Shown here in pieces: positions 9,041 to 18,327 of a stretch of 64,000 bases of DNA. Every line of letters starts with the position of its first letter. Position 1 is the first letter of the stretch. The stretch lies in the sequence record PZ452594.1; one strand, given 5' to 3'. The notes beneath the pieces were generated by a model. It did not search any database, was not told the DNA's origin, and was given only the letters and a program-made list of their open reading frames with translations. Position numbers and translations under genes: made by a program. Source of the DNA: a phage.

Positions 9041-10860
9041 TACTGGCTCATCCATTCTTTGCGAAGGTCAGCATTATCTCCCATGAGCATTTCAAAAAGC
9101 TCTTTCCAGTTCTCAGGAAGTTTAACAACATCATATACTGGGTTTTGAATCATCTCACGATATTCAGATTTTTCTAAAGAGCCAAGTCCCTTAATATAAC
9201 GGATGCTATGTTTAGGTAGAGCATCTTTAGCACTCTCATATTCAGCGACTGTATAAAACCATTCTTGTTTTTTACCGACCTGAGCGATGATTACAGGAGT
9301 TTTGACAAAGCGAATTCTTCCTTGTTCAAACAGTTCTGGCCAATTACTAAAAAATCCGAGCAGAGAAGGATAAATGCTTCCTAGACCATCATGGTCAGCA
9401 TCAGTCATAATAGCAATATTATGATAATTCAAGTTTTCAGCTTTTTCACCGAGAACTAGACCAGTGATTGCGCAAATATCAAATAGTTCTTTGTTTTTAA
9501 GCATATCTGCATAAGACATACCCCAACTGTTGAGAACTTTACCACGTAATGGATAACCACCATGAAGTTCTTTATCACGAACATCAATAAGATATCCGAT
9601 AGCAGAATCACCCTCAGTCAAGAAAAGAGTAGTGTCAGCATCTTTACCACAAAGATTCGCTTTGATATGTTTATGAACCTTAGCTTTAGAAGCCTTTTTA
9701 GCTGCTTTAGTTTCTGCTGCTTTTTCTGCCGCCAATTTACGAGCCAAAGCAGCTTCGATAATCGGCATTAGAATTGCTTCATTATTTAGAATAGCACGTG
9801 AAATCTTTTTAGCATCAAGCTGAATATGACTACGGATTTCACCAAATGGAGAAGTCAAACGCTCTTTAGTTTGAGAATCAAATCGCATGTTTTTCATATC
9901 ACGAACAAACATAACGATAGTCAAACATTCTTTGACACGCGCTTTAGTCACATCAATTTTGAACTTACGTTTGATTTGTGGAATAAGGTCTTCACAAATA
10001 TCATCCATAACACAGTCAATGTGATGGCCACCATTCTTAGTGTGGATGTTATTCACATAAGTTAATTGACGAAATCCATCCGGTGAACGACCAACCGCAA
10101 TAGAACAATTTTCTTGTTCTTGAACGATAGCATGCTCATCATATTGGCGTGCATATTTCTTAAAATTGCCCTGAACCTTTTTACCATTAAAGGTAAATTG
10201 AATATCAGGATAAACAACAGCAAGTGTCTGGAGACGATCTAGTGTAATGTCAAGATAAACTTGGGACAGCTCATTAGTTTCAAATGACATAAAATCAGGA
10301 ATGAAAGTAACACGAGTTCCTTTCCATTTTCCTGGAATAGTTTCCCATGATTTATTTTCCATGCCATTTGAACAACGAACTACAATATTATTTTGACCAT
10401 CGCCAGTTTCACCGACAAACATCACAGAAAAAATGTTAGTTAAACTAGAACCAACACCATTCATACCACCGGTGACACGTTCTTTATCATCACCAAAGTT
10501 ACCACCCGCTTTTGGAATAGTCCAAGCAGCAACTGGACCAGGAATTTCTTCACCGGTAGGTGTTTTAACCATCGCTTGTGGAATACCACGACCGTTATCT
10601 TCAACTGTTACTTGATTGTTTTTGATGGTAACATTAATTTTATTCGCGAATTTAAACTTAGTACGAATACCTTCATCTACTGAGTTATCGATAATTTCAT
10701 CAATAAGCTTAACAAGACCAGGTACATACTGAACACTTTCCCATTTACCAAACAGAAAGCGCTCATGCATTTCATTAGCAGAAGAGCCAATGTACATGCC
10801 ACTACGCTTTTTGATATGTTCAATATCGCTCAGAATTTTAATTTCATTCTTAATCATCAC
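9040..10860 (-). CDS. 39: DNA topoisomerase II large (ATPase) subunit gp39, uninterrupted (606 aa)
   Basis: GHKL motif EDNGRGIP and TOPRIM LFLTEGDSA; one continuous ORF spanning what are genes 39 and 60 in T4. Confidence 0.92.
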   Translation of the reverse strand: MMIKNEIKILSDIEHIKKRSGMYIGSSANEMHERFLFGKWESVQYVPGLVKLIDEIIDNSVDEGIRTKFKFANKINVTIKNNQVTVEDNGRGIPQAMVKTPTGEEIPGPVAAWTIPKAGGNFGDDKERVTGGMNGVGSSLTNIFSVMFVGETGDGQNNIVVRCSNGMENKSWETIPGKWKGTRVTFIPDFMSFETNELSQVYLDITLDRLQTLAVVYPDIQFTFNGKKVQGNFKKYARQYDEHAIVQEQENCSIAVGRSPDGFRQLTYVNNIHTKNGGHHIDCVMDDICEDLIPQIKRKFKIDVTKARVKECLTIVMFVRDMKNMRFDSQTKERLTSPFGEIRSHIQLDAKKISRAILNNEAILMPIIEAALARKLAAEKAAETKAAKKASKAKVHKHIKANLCGKDADTTLFLTEGDSAIGYLIDVRDKELHGGYPLRGKVLNSWGMSYADMLKNKELFDICAITGLVLGEKAENLNYHNIAIMTDADHDGLGSIYPSLLGFFSNWPELFEQGRIRFVKTPVIIAQVGKKQEWFYTVAEYESAKDALPKHSIRYIKGLGSLEKSEYREMIQNPVYDVVKLPENWKELFEMLMGDNADLRKEWMSQ

Positions 10861-10884
10861 TTATCCTCGTTTGGTTTCGGGAAT

Positions 10885-10909
10885 ATTATACTCCGGTAAT
10901 CATAAAGCT
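10885..10909 (-). promoter_or_regulatory. MotA-dependent middle promoter upstream of gene 39
   Basis: Minus sense aGCTTTA (MotA box), 12-nt spacer, TATAAT (rc 10885-10890); 25 nt upstream of gene 39 start. Confidence 0.45.
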
Positions 10910-10926
10910 AAAGGCCCGAAGGCCTT

Positions 10927-11187
10927 TTATTTAAAACGGATAGTCGAATCCTTGAAGAATAGACCAGAACACACGGTTCCTTCTACTTTCTGCCCAGTAG
11001 GTCCAATAGCACGAAATCCAGTATGCTGGAAATCATTTTCAGAGCAACCGAACCAGTTATATCCAGTGATTTCAATATTCGTAAAACCACTTGAAGATAA
11101 AACTTTGGTTGCATTATCAGCATCAGTACATCCTGCTAAAGACACTGCTAATACTAATGCTGCGATAGAACGATTAACATATTTCAT
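10927..11187 (-). CDS. predicted lipoprotein (~86 aa)
   Basis: Signal peptide with lipobox LAGC (MKYVNRSIAALVLAVSLAGCTDADN...); start moved to ATG. Confidence 0.55.
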   Translation of the reverse strand: MKYVNRSIAALVLAVSLAGCTDADNATKVLSSSGFTNIEITGYNWFGCSENDFQHTGFRAIGPTGQKVEGTVCSGLFFKDSTIRFK

Positions 11188-11192
11188 AATTT

Positions 11193-11564
11193 TCACTTAA
11201 ATTTAATGGCTTGAAGAAGACTAATAACTCTCAAGCGACTTCTTTCATCTTTAACTGTAAAAGAAAGAGGGTCACCAGATTTCATAGTAATGGTACATTC
11301 AAAATCAAAATCTTCTGTAACTTCTTCGAAGAAGTCAAATTCTTCATCATAAATTAGAACATTACTCTGACAACTATGAAGAATTTTTCCATCATTTCCA
11401 GATGCTGTACTAATCATTGTAACATTATGACCTTTCATATCTTCAACGATAAATTCACTAGTCAATATTACAGCATTAATAGAACTATTCCTATTACTAG
11501 CAGAAAGTAGATATTTCTGTTCTTCACCTTCACGAATGCAATATTTCTTACCGATTTTAAACAT
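11193..11564 (-). CDS. hypothetical protein (123 aa)
   Basis: ORF track; region corresponds to T4 39.1/39.2/goF/cef/motB cluster. Confidence 0.5.
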   Translation of the reverse strand: MFKIGKKYCIREGEEQKYLLSASNRNSSINAVILTSEFIVEDMKGHNVTMISTASGNDGKILHSCQSNVLIYDEEFDFFEEVTEDFDFECTITMKSGDPLSFTVKDERSRLRVISLLQAIKFK

Positions 11565-11745
11565 AATTACCCTTTAAGTAAGTCGTAAAAACCACCATTC
11601 ACATGCTTAGGAGCAGAAGGCCGACGAGTAGACAAACGATGACATTTAGGGCAAACATCATTTTCTCGTTCAGAAATCTTTTTAATTTTTTCATATTCAT
11701 GCCCGCAATCTTCGGATTGGCATTTATAATCATACATTGGCATAA

Positions 11746-12165
11746 TTATTCCTTAAAGTGTGCTTTCAACATCTGATACAAGGACCATGCCTGTTCATTA
11801 TTTTCAATAGTAACTTTCATGACTGGGAATTCTGTGAAATCTTCTATTTGTTCTTGCTCTTTCTCTTCCTGCTCTTCAGCTGCCTGGTATGGATTTTCAA
11901 CTTCATCAAAGAACCCAGCTTCGTTAGTAGAAAGCCAGATAAAGTTTTCGTCAAGGATATCACCATGTGTTGCATATCCAACTGTGCCAGTAGATGTCAC
12001 AATTTTAGTAGGACGACCAAGATGGTCAACATCTAAAATTTTAAAAGGATGCATACCTAAACGGCGTGCATAGATTCCGTTATCAGTATGGTCTTTAATA
12101 AAATTTTCTTGAGCTTGTTTATTTTTAAATTGATACCATTTATTAACTTCAAATTTAATAGCCAT
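11746..12165 (-). CDS. hypothetical protein (139 aa), acidic C-terminus
   Basis: ORF track; size close to T4 goF but not verified. Confidence 0.5.
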   Translation of the reverse strand: MAIKFEVNKWYQFKNKQAQENFIKDHTDNGIYARRLGMHPFKILDVDHLGRPTKIVTSTGTVGYATHGDILDENFIWLSTNEAGFFDEVENPYQAAEEQEEKEQEQIEDFTEFPVMKVTIENNEQAWSLYQMLKAHFKE

Positions 12166-12413
12166 TAATAAATTTCCTTCCAGTAAGTTGTGCCATCTTC
12201 AGTAATTTCACGAAATACACCGTAAATTGGTTGTTTATCACCAACCTTTTCATACACATAAACCGAAGTCAAGTGAGTAAACTTGATGGTGTGTTCCTTT
12301 TGAACTACTACCAAATCTGGATCGAATAATACATCTTCAAATTCGTCATTAGTGCAATTCTGAACAATTTTACGTTTCATTACAATTTCCTCATTAATTG
12401 AACAGTGGAGCAA
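12165..12413 (-). CDS. hypothetical protein (82 aa)
   Basis: ORF track; overlaps neighbours by a few nt. Confidence 0.45.
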   Translation of the reverse strand: MLHCSINEEIVMKRKIVQNCTNDEFEDVLFDPDLVVVQKEHTIKFTHLTSVYVYEKVGDKQPIYGVFREITEDGTTYWKEIY

Positions 12414-12675
12414 TGCGTTTCAGAAGAGTAGTAGCACCTTTGGCGAATTTTACATCATGAAAAACAGTTTCTTCTTCTGTAACAACTCGAACTTTAATAT
12501 TTTCACAATCCCAATTTTTACGAGCAATCTTCAAAAGCTGCAGTAAATCTTTACATTCAGCAATATCGATAACACATCCACGAGAATCTTCCATTATCGC
12601 ACGATAACCGTAAGCCATACCATAATCGTTGAAAGATTGCTCGATGATAATTAAGTTTTCCATTTTATTCTCCAA
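12394..12675 (-). CDS. hypothetical protein (93 aa)
   Basis: ORF track; preceded by SD GGAGAATAAA and by a 12-bp inverted repeat tcagtagttgat/atcaactactga (12689-12729). Confidence 0.45.
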   Translation of the reverse strand: MENKMENLIIIEQSFNDYGMAYGYRAIMEDSRGCVIDIAECKDLLQLLKIARKNWDCENIKVRVVTEEETVFHDVKFAKGATTLLKRIAPLFN

Positions 12676-12760
12676 GTTGTTTTCTGTATCAGTAGTTGAT
12701 ATTGATATAGTACCATAATCAACTACTGATGTATATAGTTTTATGAAAAAATTTTAAACT

Positions 12761-13252
12761 TTATGCATAGCGAGCTTTGCTATAGTGTTTAATCCAACTT
12801 TCAGGAATGACTTTGTATGTTCCTAAAAATACCGCGTTGTATAACTTAACGCCATCTTCTACCCATTGATCAGTAATGTATGCACACATGGCGCGAGTAC
12901 GGTTAACAACCCCTTCCTCACCTTCAGTAAATTCAAACTCATAAGGAGCAACGAACTTAATAGCTTGACCGAGTTTCCACTTAAAGTCTACGCCTACATG
13001 CGAAGTATCAATCGTTTCAATTCCTTTAGCGGGAACAGCTTTCAAAAACGCAGGCTCAAGAAATTTCCATCGAACATAACCAAACTGAGGTTTAGACATT
13101 CCATCTTTAGGAATGATACGCACTTTTACTTCAGAATCTTCATCTTTAACACCATGTTTAAGCTGAATGCTTACGACTTCAACCAATTTTCCTGCTGCCT
13201 TAGAACGGGATTTATCAGATACACGAGCAATTTCACCGATATTAATATTCAT
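12761..13252 (-). CDS. hypothetical protein (163 aa), paralogue of next gene (MotB-sized)
   Basis: Shares TDQWVEDGVKLYNAVFLGTYKVIPES with TDQWIEDGVELLNVVHAGEYSVVPRS of ORF 13326-13826. Confidence 0.5.
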   Translation of the reverse strand: MNINIGEIARVSDKSRSKAAGKLVEVVSIQLKHGVKDEDSEVKVRIIPKDGMSKPQFGYVRWKFLEPAFLKAVPAKGIETIDTSHVGVDFKWKLGQAIKFVAPYEFEFTEGEEGVVNRTRAMCAYITDQWVEDGVKLYNAVFLGTYKVIPESWIKHYSKARYA

Positions 13253-13296
13253 AATTATCTCTCACTTGTTAAAAAGATTTTATACTCCGCAGGACC

Positions 13297-13326
13297 ATTA
13301 TACTCTGGTCCCAAGAGTTTGTAAAC
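13297..13326 (-). promoter_or_regulatory. T4-type early promoter
   Basis: GTTTAC (rc 13321-13326), 18-nt spacer, TATAAT (rc 13297-13302). Confidence 0.45.
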
Positions 13327-13826
13327 TAGCTTACACGAACATTAATCACTGCGCTGCGAGGAACTACGGAGTACTCTCCAGCATGAACTACATTAAGAAG
13401 TTCAACGCCATCTTCAATCCACTGGTCAGTTACCCAACCGCCAATCGGATTCGCGAATGGACGACGAATATAAACTGCCTTACACAACAAATCAGTCGGG
13501 TCTTCAATTTTTTCAACTGGTGTTACATACATAGAAACTAAATCCATATCAATATGGGATTTTTCTTGTTCTTCTTTTTCAATTTCTGTCAATAAATTGA
13601 AATCTTCTTCATAGATGATGAATGATGATACCCTTCCATAATAGTTTCTAATTTCCATGTACACTGTACCAATGAGAATTCCGCTATTAACACTAATAAC
13701 AGTAAAAGGATATCCGCCAGTTGTACCAAGAAGTTCCCAAAACTTGCTATCAGTCGTATTCGACATTGTCTGGAAATCAATTTCAGATGGTTTTTTCATT
13801 TGATACGTAGTATTAATTTTAATCAT
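13326..13826 (-). CDS. hypothetical protein (166 aa), paralogue of previous gene
   Basis: ORF track; C-terminal similarity to ORF 12761-13252. Confidence 0.5.
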   Translation of the reverse strand: MIKINTTYQMKKPSEIDFQTMSNTTDSKFWELLGTTGGYPFTVISVNSGILIGTVYMEIRNYYGRVSSFIIYEEDFNLLTEIEKEEQEKSHIDMDLVSMYVTPVEKIEDPTDLLCKAVYIRRPFANPIGGWVTDQWIEDGVELLNVVHAGEYSVVPRSAVINVRVS

Positions 13827-13835
13827 AATTTTCCT

Positions 13836-14348
13836 TTAATCTAAGGTAATAAAGCCTTTTAATTCGGCATGCGATTTGCGAAACATTACTTGATGCCCAC
13901 CAATGATAACTTGATCATCTGGCACTTCATAAATCGCAATGTACATTCCACGATCTTTTAAGTCTTCACGCTCTTCTCGAGTAAACCATCTCATTATATC
14001 ATATTCACTAGCGAAAGCAAAATGATATAATGCAATAAACCACAATGGAATATAATTTTCAATTCGTGAATAATCTTTATTCCATTTAGTTTTAATAGCA
14101 TCATTAGCATTTTCAACTAATAACTTATCATCGTGTGGAATAGGAATACTTTCATGACTTTCATAATCATTGCTATGATGATGAAATGATGATGAATTAA
14201 TACCGCAAAATTTTAGCCAAGTTCGAGTTTTCATAGAATCAAATCCACGATAAGGAGTTGATTGAACACATAACTCTTGCCTAATTTTCATTATACCACT
14301 ATCATCATTTAATGCGCTAAACGATGATTCAACACGATAAATTTTCAT
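13836..14348 (-). CDS. hypothetical protein (~170 aa)
   Basis: Track ORF 13836-14387; start moved to ATG (MKIYRVESSF...) with SD GAGGATAATAAA so that it lies downstream of the promoter -10. Confidence 0.5.
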   Translation of the reverse strand: MKIYRVESSFSALNDDSGIMKIRQELCVQSTPYRGFDSMKTRTWLKFCGINSSSFHHHSNDYESHESIPIPHDDKLLVENANDAIKTKWNKDYSRIENYIPLWFIALYHFAFASEYDIMRWFTREEREDLKDRGMYIAIYEVPDDQVIIGGHQVMFRKSHAELKGFITLD

Positions 14349-14375
14349 TTTATTATCCTCAGTAGCTATGGTGTT

Positions 14376-14405
14376 ATAATACCACAACTAACCGAGGAAG
14401 TAAAC
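14376..14405 (-). promoter_or_regulatory. T4-type early promoter
   Basis: GTTTAC (rc 14400-14405), 18-nt spacer, TGnTATTAT (rc 14376-14381). Confidence 0.45.
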
Positions 14406-14411
14406 AACTTT

Positions 14412-15095
14412 TTATCGTTTAGTTGGAAGAGATAGAGGATCGCATTCTTCCTCTGATGGAGCGTCTTCAAGACCCATAGCATAGCGCAAAGCATACTTCA
14501 TCATCAGGATGTCTTTCGCACAGTCATGAATAGAATCATGTGCAACGAATCCATCTAAAGTTCCCTTTGGAAGAGGACATGTGGTCATATCACGAACAAG
14601 TAGAAGTGCTTCAATTCTGGTACGAATATCACGCTGATTCCAGAATTTACACGGTTCTAACTTAAATGTATCAAGCTCATTCTCGGAAACGCCATTAAGA
14701 CGTTGAATATCGCGAATGAGATCGACTAAAATTGGAAAATCAAACGACATTCCACGGCACCAGCCTTGAGATTTCCAAGGATCGATATTATGTGCATTGA
14801 TGTAATCGTTGAATTTTGCAATACCATCAATGGTGCTTACATCTTCATCGGATGGTGCAATATTTTTTCGAGCTTCAGGAGACTGATTTTTCCACCATTC
14901 GATAGTGCTTTTAGTAAAAAGACGATGTCCTTTTTGGCTTTTTAAATCAAATTTGATTTTAATGCCACGTGAAACTAATTCATCAAATGTTTCAACAACT
15001 TCTGGGTTAGGGTCAAAGGCAATAACAGCCAAATCAATAACCGCTGCTTTTTCACCGCTTCCCATTGTTTCAAAATCTATAATAAAATCAAACAT
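14412..15095 (-). CDS. dexA: exonuclease A DexA (227 aa)
   Basis: DEDDh-type motif IIDFETMG near N-terminus; 227 aa; recognised as T4 DexA. Confidence 0.88.
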   Translation of the reverse strand: MFDFIIDFETMGSGEKAAVIDLAVIAFDPNPEVVETFDELVSRGIKIKFDLKSQKGHRLFTKSTIEWWKNQSPEARKNIAPSDEDVSTIDGIAKFNDYINAHNIDPWKSQGWCRGMSFDFPILVDLIRDIQRLNGVSENELDTFKLEPCKFWNQRDIRTRIEALLLVRDMTTCPLPKGTLDGFVAHDSIHDCAKDILMMKYALRYAMGLEDAPSEEECDPLSLPTKR

Positions 15096-15352
15096 TAAAT
15101 TTTCCTTGCTAAATCGCGAATTTGACCTACAGTATAGTCTTGAATATAAACTTTATTAATAGGTTCATCAATAAATTTTGCCATAGATTCAATATCTTTT
15201 TGCATCTCTTCAAGACTGTATATTATCTTTAAAGCTTTTTCGCGAATAGTAATATTTTCAGGACCTGGATTTTCTTTAATGACAGCTTTAACATTTGTCA
15301 TAAGAGATTTAAACTGGTACCAACTCAACTCAATCATTAATAATCGCCTCAT
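15095..15352 (-). CDS. hypothetical protein (85 aa), dexA.1-like
   Basis: ORF track; paralogous to ORF 15330-15590 (shared LEE..DI.....F......I.DY..G.I pattern). Confidence 0.45.
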   Translation of the reverse strand: MRRLLMIELSWYQFKSLMTNVKAVIKENPGPENITIREKALKIIYSLEEMQKDIESMAKFIDEPINKVYIQDYTVGQIRDLARKI

Positions 15353-15590
15353 AAAGATAGCTAATTTCGCCTAAAACGTAATCATTGATTGTAACAGTTT
15401 TCACTTCACCACAAAAGAATTCTAACGCAATTAAATCTCGTTCAATTTCTTCTAATTGAAGCATCAACTTACTAGATTCAATTTTTACAGTTTCACGATT
15501 TTTACCATGAGCAATTTCATAAATTTCGCTAACTTTATCCTGAAGAAGATAAAACTGATCTTTAGTTATTTCCACGAATAGCTTCCTCAA
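15330..15590 (-). CDS. hypothetical protein (86 aa), dexA.2-like
   Basis: ORF track; paralogue of previous ORF. Confidence 0.45.
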   Translation of the reverse strand: MRKLFVEITKDQFYLLQDKVSEIYEIAHGKNRETVKIESSKLMLQLEEIERDLIALEFFCGEVKTVTINDYVLGEISYLYEAIIND

Positions 15591-15822
15591 ATTTAATTAG
15601 TAATTTACAGACACTTTCATCTAGTGTAATTACCGTATCTGTATTACTGTGATATGATTGTTTTTCAATTCGTTTAATTGCTAATATAGTATCACTTATA
15701 AGATAAAGCTTATGAAGGAGCTCAGCTCCTGTTACCATAACATCGAGATTATCTTGCTTATTAGTATGCTTCCTTATACCATCTATTAGACGATTTAAAT
15801 ATTTTGAATTGATGTTAATCAT
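15562..15822 (-). CDS. hypothetical protein (86 aa)
   Basis: ORF track; immediately downstream of dda. Confidence 0.45.
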   Translation of the reverse strand: MININSKYLNRLIDGIRKHTNKQDNLDVMVTGAELLHKLYLISDTILAIKRIEKQSYHSNTDTVITLDESVCKLLIKFEEAIRGNN

Positions 15823-15828
15823 ATATCC

Positions 15829-17148
15829 TCACACATAAAATACGTCATAACGACCACGGGTAACACCAACATAAAGAAGTTGTTGAGCTAGTTCAGCATC
15901 TGCATAATGAATACAAGGCGTATAAATGAAAGCACGGTCTACAGACATACCCTGAGCTTTATGGAATGTTGATGCAGGAAGTGCTTTCACTTTACTAAAC
16001 TGTGATTTAGCATCCCAAAAATCACTCCACGGAGCTTTTCCGCCTTTGTTCCAATTTTTATAAGTTTCTGCAGTTTTACCTAAAAATAGGTTAAACTTAT
16101 ATAGCTCTTCATCAGATGAAATTATTTTAATCTTTTCACTATAATATTCATCATCGCCGTAAGTTTCTACTGTTAAATCCCAATGACGAATTAAGTATTC
16201 TCCAGGAACACCACGGGCTTTAACAAACGTCGATGTATACTCTGCTTCTATAATACGAACTAATTGTCCGTTATTAAAAATAATTTCTGACACAGGCTTT
16301 CCATCAATTTTATATGTTTTAATTAATGGTTCCTGCATTACAATAATTTCACCTACAATAAAATCTTTATCAGTTTCAAAAATCTTTTTACGAATAATGC
16401 TATTTAACTTGTCAACAGATTTATTCGTAAATGCCATTACGCGATTTTCAAACAAATCATCTAGAGATTTGACGATTGAAAAATAATTTACCATAAAATC
16501 GCGTAAAGCGGTATCACCTGTAAATCCACGTACTCCATGCCCGTCAACAACTTTATCATAAATCCACTTACCGTTGCGAACATCAGTAGCTACATCAATA
16601 ATAGGAGCATTACTGCGTTTAACTTCAGTAAGTTCACACTGATAAAAATCTTTGTGTGTAAAGAATGGACTGATATAAGCAGTATTTTCTCCTGGATCAA
16701 CAGGTCTAATTTGCTTATTATCACCTATTCCAATTATAGTACACCAAGGTGGAATAGTTGAAAGCAGAATTTTAAATAGCTTTCTATCATACATTGACAC
16801 TTCGTCGCAGATTAATACCCTGCATTTAGCTAAATCTGGTACTTCCTTCTGTTCAAAAAGAACGTTTTCTTCATACGTAACTGGGTTAATTTTAAGAATA
16901 CTGTGAATAGTACTCGCTTCTTTCCCCGACAGTTTTGAAAGAATCTTTTTAGCTGCATGTGTAGGAGCTGCCAAAATGATACCAGTTTCGCCTGTTGATA
17001 TTAAAGCTTCAATGATGAACTTAGTAAGAGTAGTCTTACCAGTACCAGCAGGTCCATTAATAGTTACATGATGTTTCTTTTCTTTAATAGCCCTCATAAC
17101 GATGTTAAAGGCATTTTTCTGGCCTTCTGTCAAATCATCAAATGTCAT
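15829..17148 (-). CDS. dda: Dda DNA helicase (439 aa)
   Basis: Walker A GPAGTGKTT; MTFDDLTEGQKNAFNIVM... recognised as T4 Dda; 439 aa. Confidence 0.93.
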   Translation of the reverse strand: MTFDDLTEGQKNAFNIVMRAIKEKKHHVTINGPAGTGKTTLTKFIIEALISTGETGIILAAPTHAAKKILSKLSGKEASTIHSILKINPVTYEENVLFEQKEVPDLAKCRVLICDEVSMYDRKLFKILLSTIPPWCTIIGIGDNKQIRPVDPGENTAYISPFFTHKDFYQCELTEVKRSNAPIIDVATDVRNGKWIYDKVVDGHGVRGFTGDTALRDFMVNYFSIVKSLDDLFENRVMAFTNKSVDKLNSIIRKKIFETDKDFIVGEIIVMQEPLIKTYKIDGKPVSEIIFNNGQLVRIIEAEYTSTFVKARGVPGEYLIRHWDLTVETYGDDEYYSEKIKIISSDEELYKFNLFLGKTAETYKNWNKGGKAPWSDFWDAKSQFSKVKALPASTFHKAQGMSVDRAFIYTPCIHYADAELAQQLLYVGVTRGRYDVFYV

Positions 17149-17456
17149 CGGAAAGTCCCTGCAATTGGAATACTAACAATACGCCCAGTATCTAGAATTC
17201 GTTGATATAATCTTTGTGTGTCTATGTCAGGCTTAACATGTTTAACTTCTATTTTATTAAACCAAAATTTACGTGGAGTCTCAACTAATCTTGGAATTCC
17301 CTTACCTAAAGCTAGTCGATACTGCTCTTTAAGAGTAGTAAATACTTTATCAGCAATATTCCATTCAAAAAATACAGCAGGACGATGTTCATCAAGTGGA
17401 ACTGGCGCCGTAAATCCGTCTTTGTCTCGGTAAACTATCGCGTATACATAAACCAT
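17145..17456 (-). CDS. hypothetical protein (103 aa), dda.1-like
   Basis: ORF track; ATGA overlap with dda. Confidence 0.5.
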   Translation of the reverse strand: MVYVYAIVYRDKDGFTAPVPLDEHRPAVFFEWNIADKVFTTLKEQYRLALGKGIPRLVETPRKFWFNKIEVKHVKPDIDTQRLYQRILDTGRIVSIPIAGTFR

Positions 17457-17457
17457 A

Positions 17458-18204
17458 TTATCCTCGGATAAGTTTAAAAATTGAACAATTTAGCGGATAT
17501 CCTCTTTTCAGTTTAAGTTTATCAATAAAAGACAAATTTTGATACCGCTCTACACCTTGAATAATTTTATCACACATATCATATTGCATTTCTGCTTCTG
17601 ACAACTTTTTCACAATTTTCCAATCCGAGCCTTTAAGAAGAACGTTCAGTTTAACAACTTCAGCGCCTTCTGCTATGCGAGAACCATCAATACGAGCTTT
17701 GAGTGCTATAATCCTTAGCTTAATGTCAGATGTCTGTTTTGATTTAGAAAGCTGAGAAATGTGTTCAATTCGATTTTCACGTTTTTTCTGTATAGCTTTA
17801 ATTTGATTATAAGTCTTTTTGATTTTAGCCCATTTCTTTTCATCTAAATTTAGTTTATGAACTTTTTTCGCAGATGAACGACCAATTCGCAAAGCAAATA
17901 AATCACGCTTTTCAATCAACTCTTCTAAAGTATAATCAGAACGAAATGTATTATACTTTTTCTTTACTGCAATAACATTCCCTTTAATGTATCCAACGTT
18001 ATTATCAAAACGTTCTAATGATAATTTCTCTCCTTCAATACGATTATCAAAAGGTTCTCCCGAGTAAGCGCAAACTTTTTGATCTAAAATGTTCTTAATG
18101 TAATTGAAGTCTAAGTTAAAATCTTTAGAACGTCTTTTTGCAGATGCCTGAGTATGCTCTAGACGACGTTTAATTTTACGAATTTGATTATTAGACAGCT
18201 TCAT
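17458..18204 (-). CDS. basic 248-aa protein at the position of T4 srd
   Basis: ORF track; Lys/Arg-rich; position between dda.1 and modA and length fit T4 Srd, sequence not verified. Confidence 0.45.
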   Translation of the reverse strand: MKLSNNQIRKIKRRLEHTQASAKRRSKDFNLDFNYIKNILDQKVCAYSGEPFDNRIEGEKLSLERFDNNVGYIKGNVIAVKKKYNTFRSDYTLEELIEKRDLFALRIGRSSAKKVHKLNLDEKKWAKIKKTYNQIKAIQKKRENRIEHISQLSKSKQTSDIKLRIIALKARIDGSRIAEGAEVVKLNVLLKGSDWKIVKKLSEAEMQYDMCDKIIQGVERYQNLSFIDKLKLKRGYPLNCSIFKLIRG

Positions 18205-18327
18205 ATTTTTCTCACATCTTACGGACGGTTAACTACTTATACTATAACATTTTTACTTTAACTTGTAAACAACTTTATGTAAAAATGCTTTAAAAATTTC
18301 ATGGTATAATGAATCTAAGTCCTTCCA

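Noticed and set aside
9040-10860. Search for the gene 60 translational-bypass (hopping) element
   Set aside because: Gene 39 is one continuous frame with no internal stop or 50-nt gap; no bypass is needed here.
17458-18204. Possible degenerate HNH-like motif (LSLERFDNNVGYIKGNVIAV...YN) in the Srd-position protein
   Set aside because: No His pairs or CxxC zinc ligands are present; the resemblance is too weak to call an endonuclease without an HMM search.
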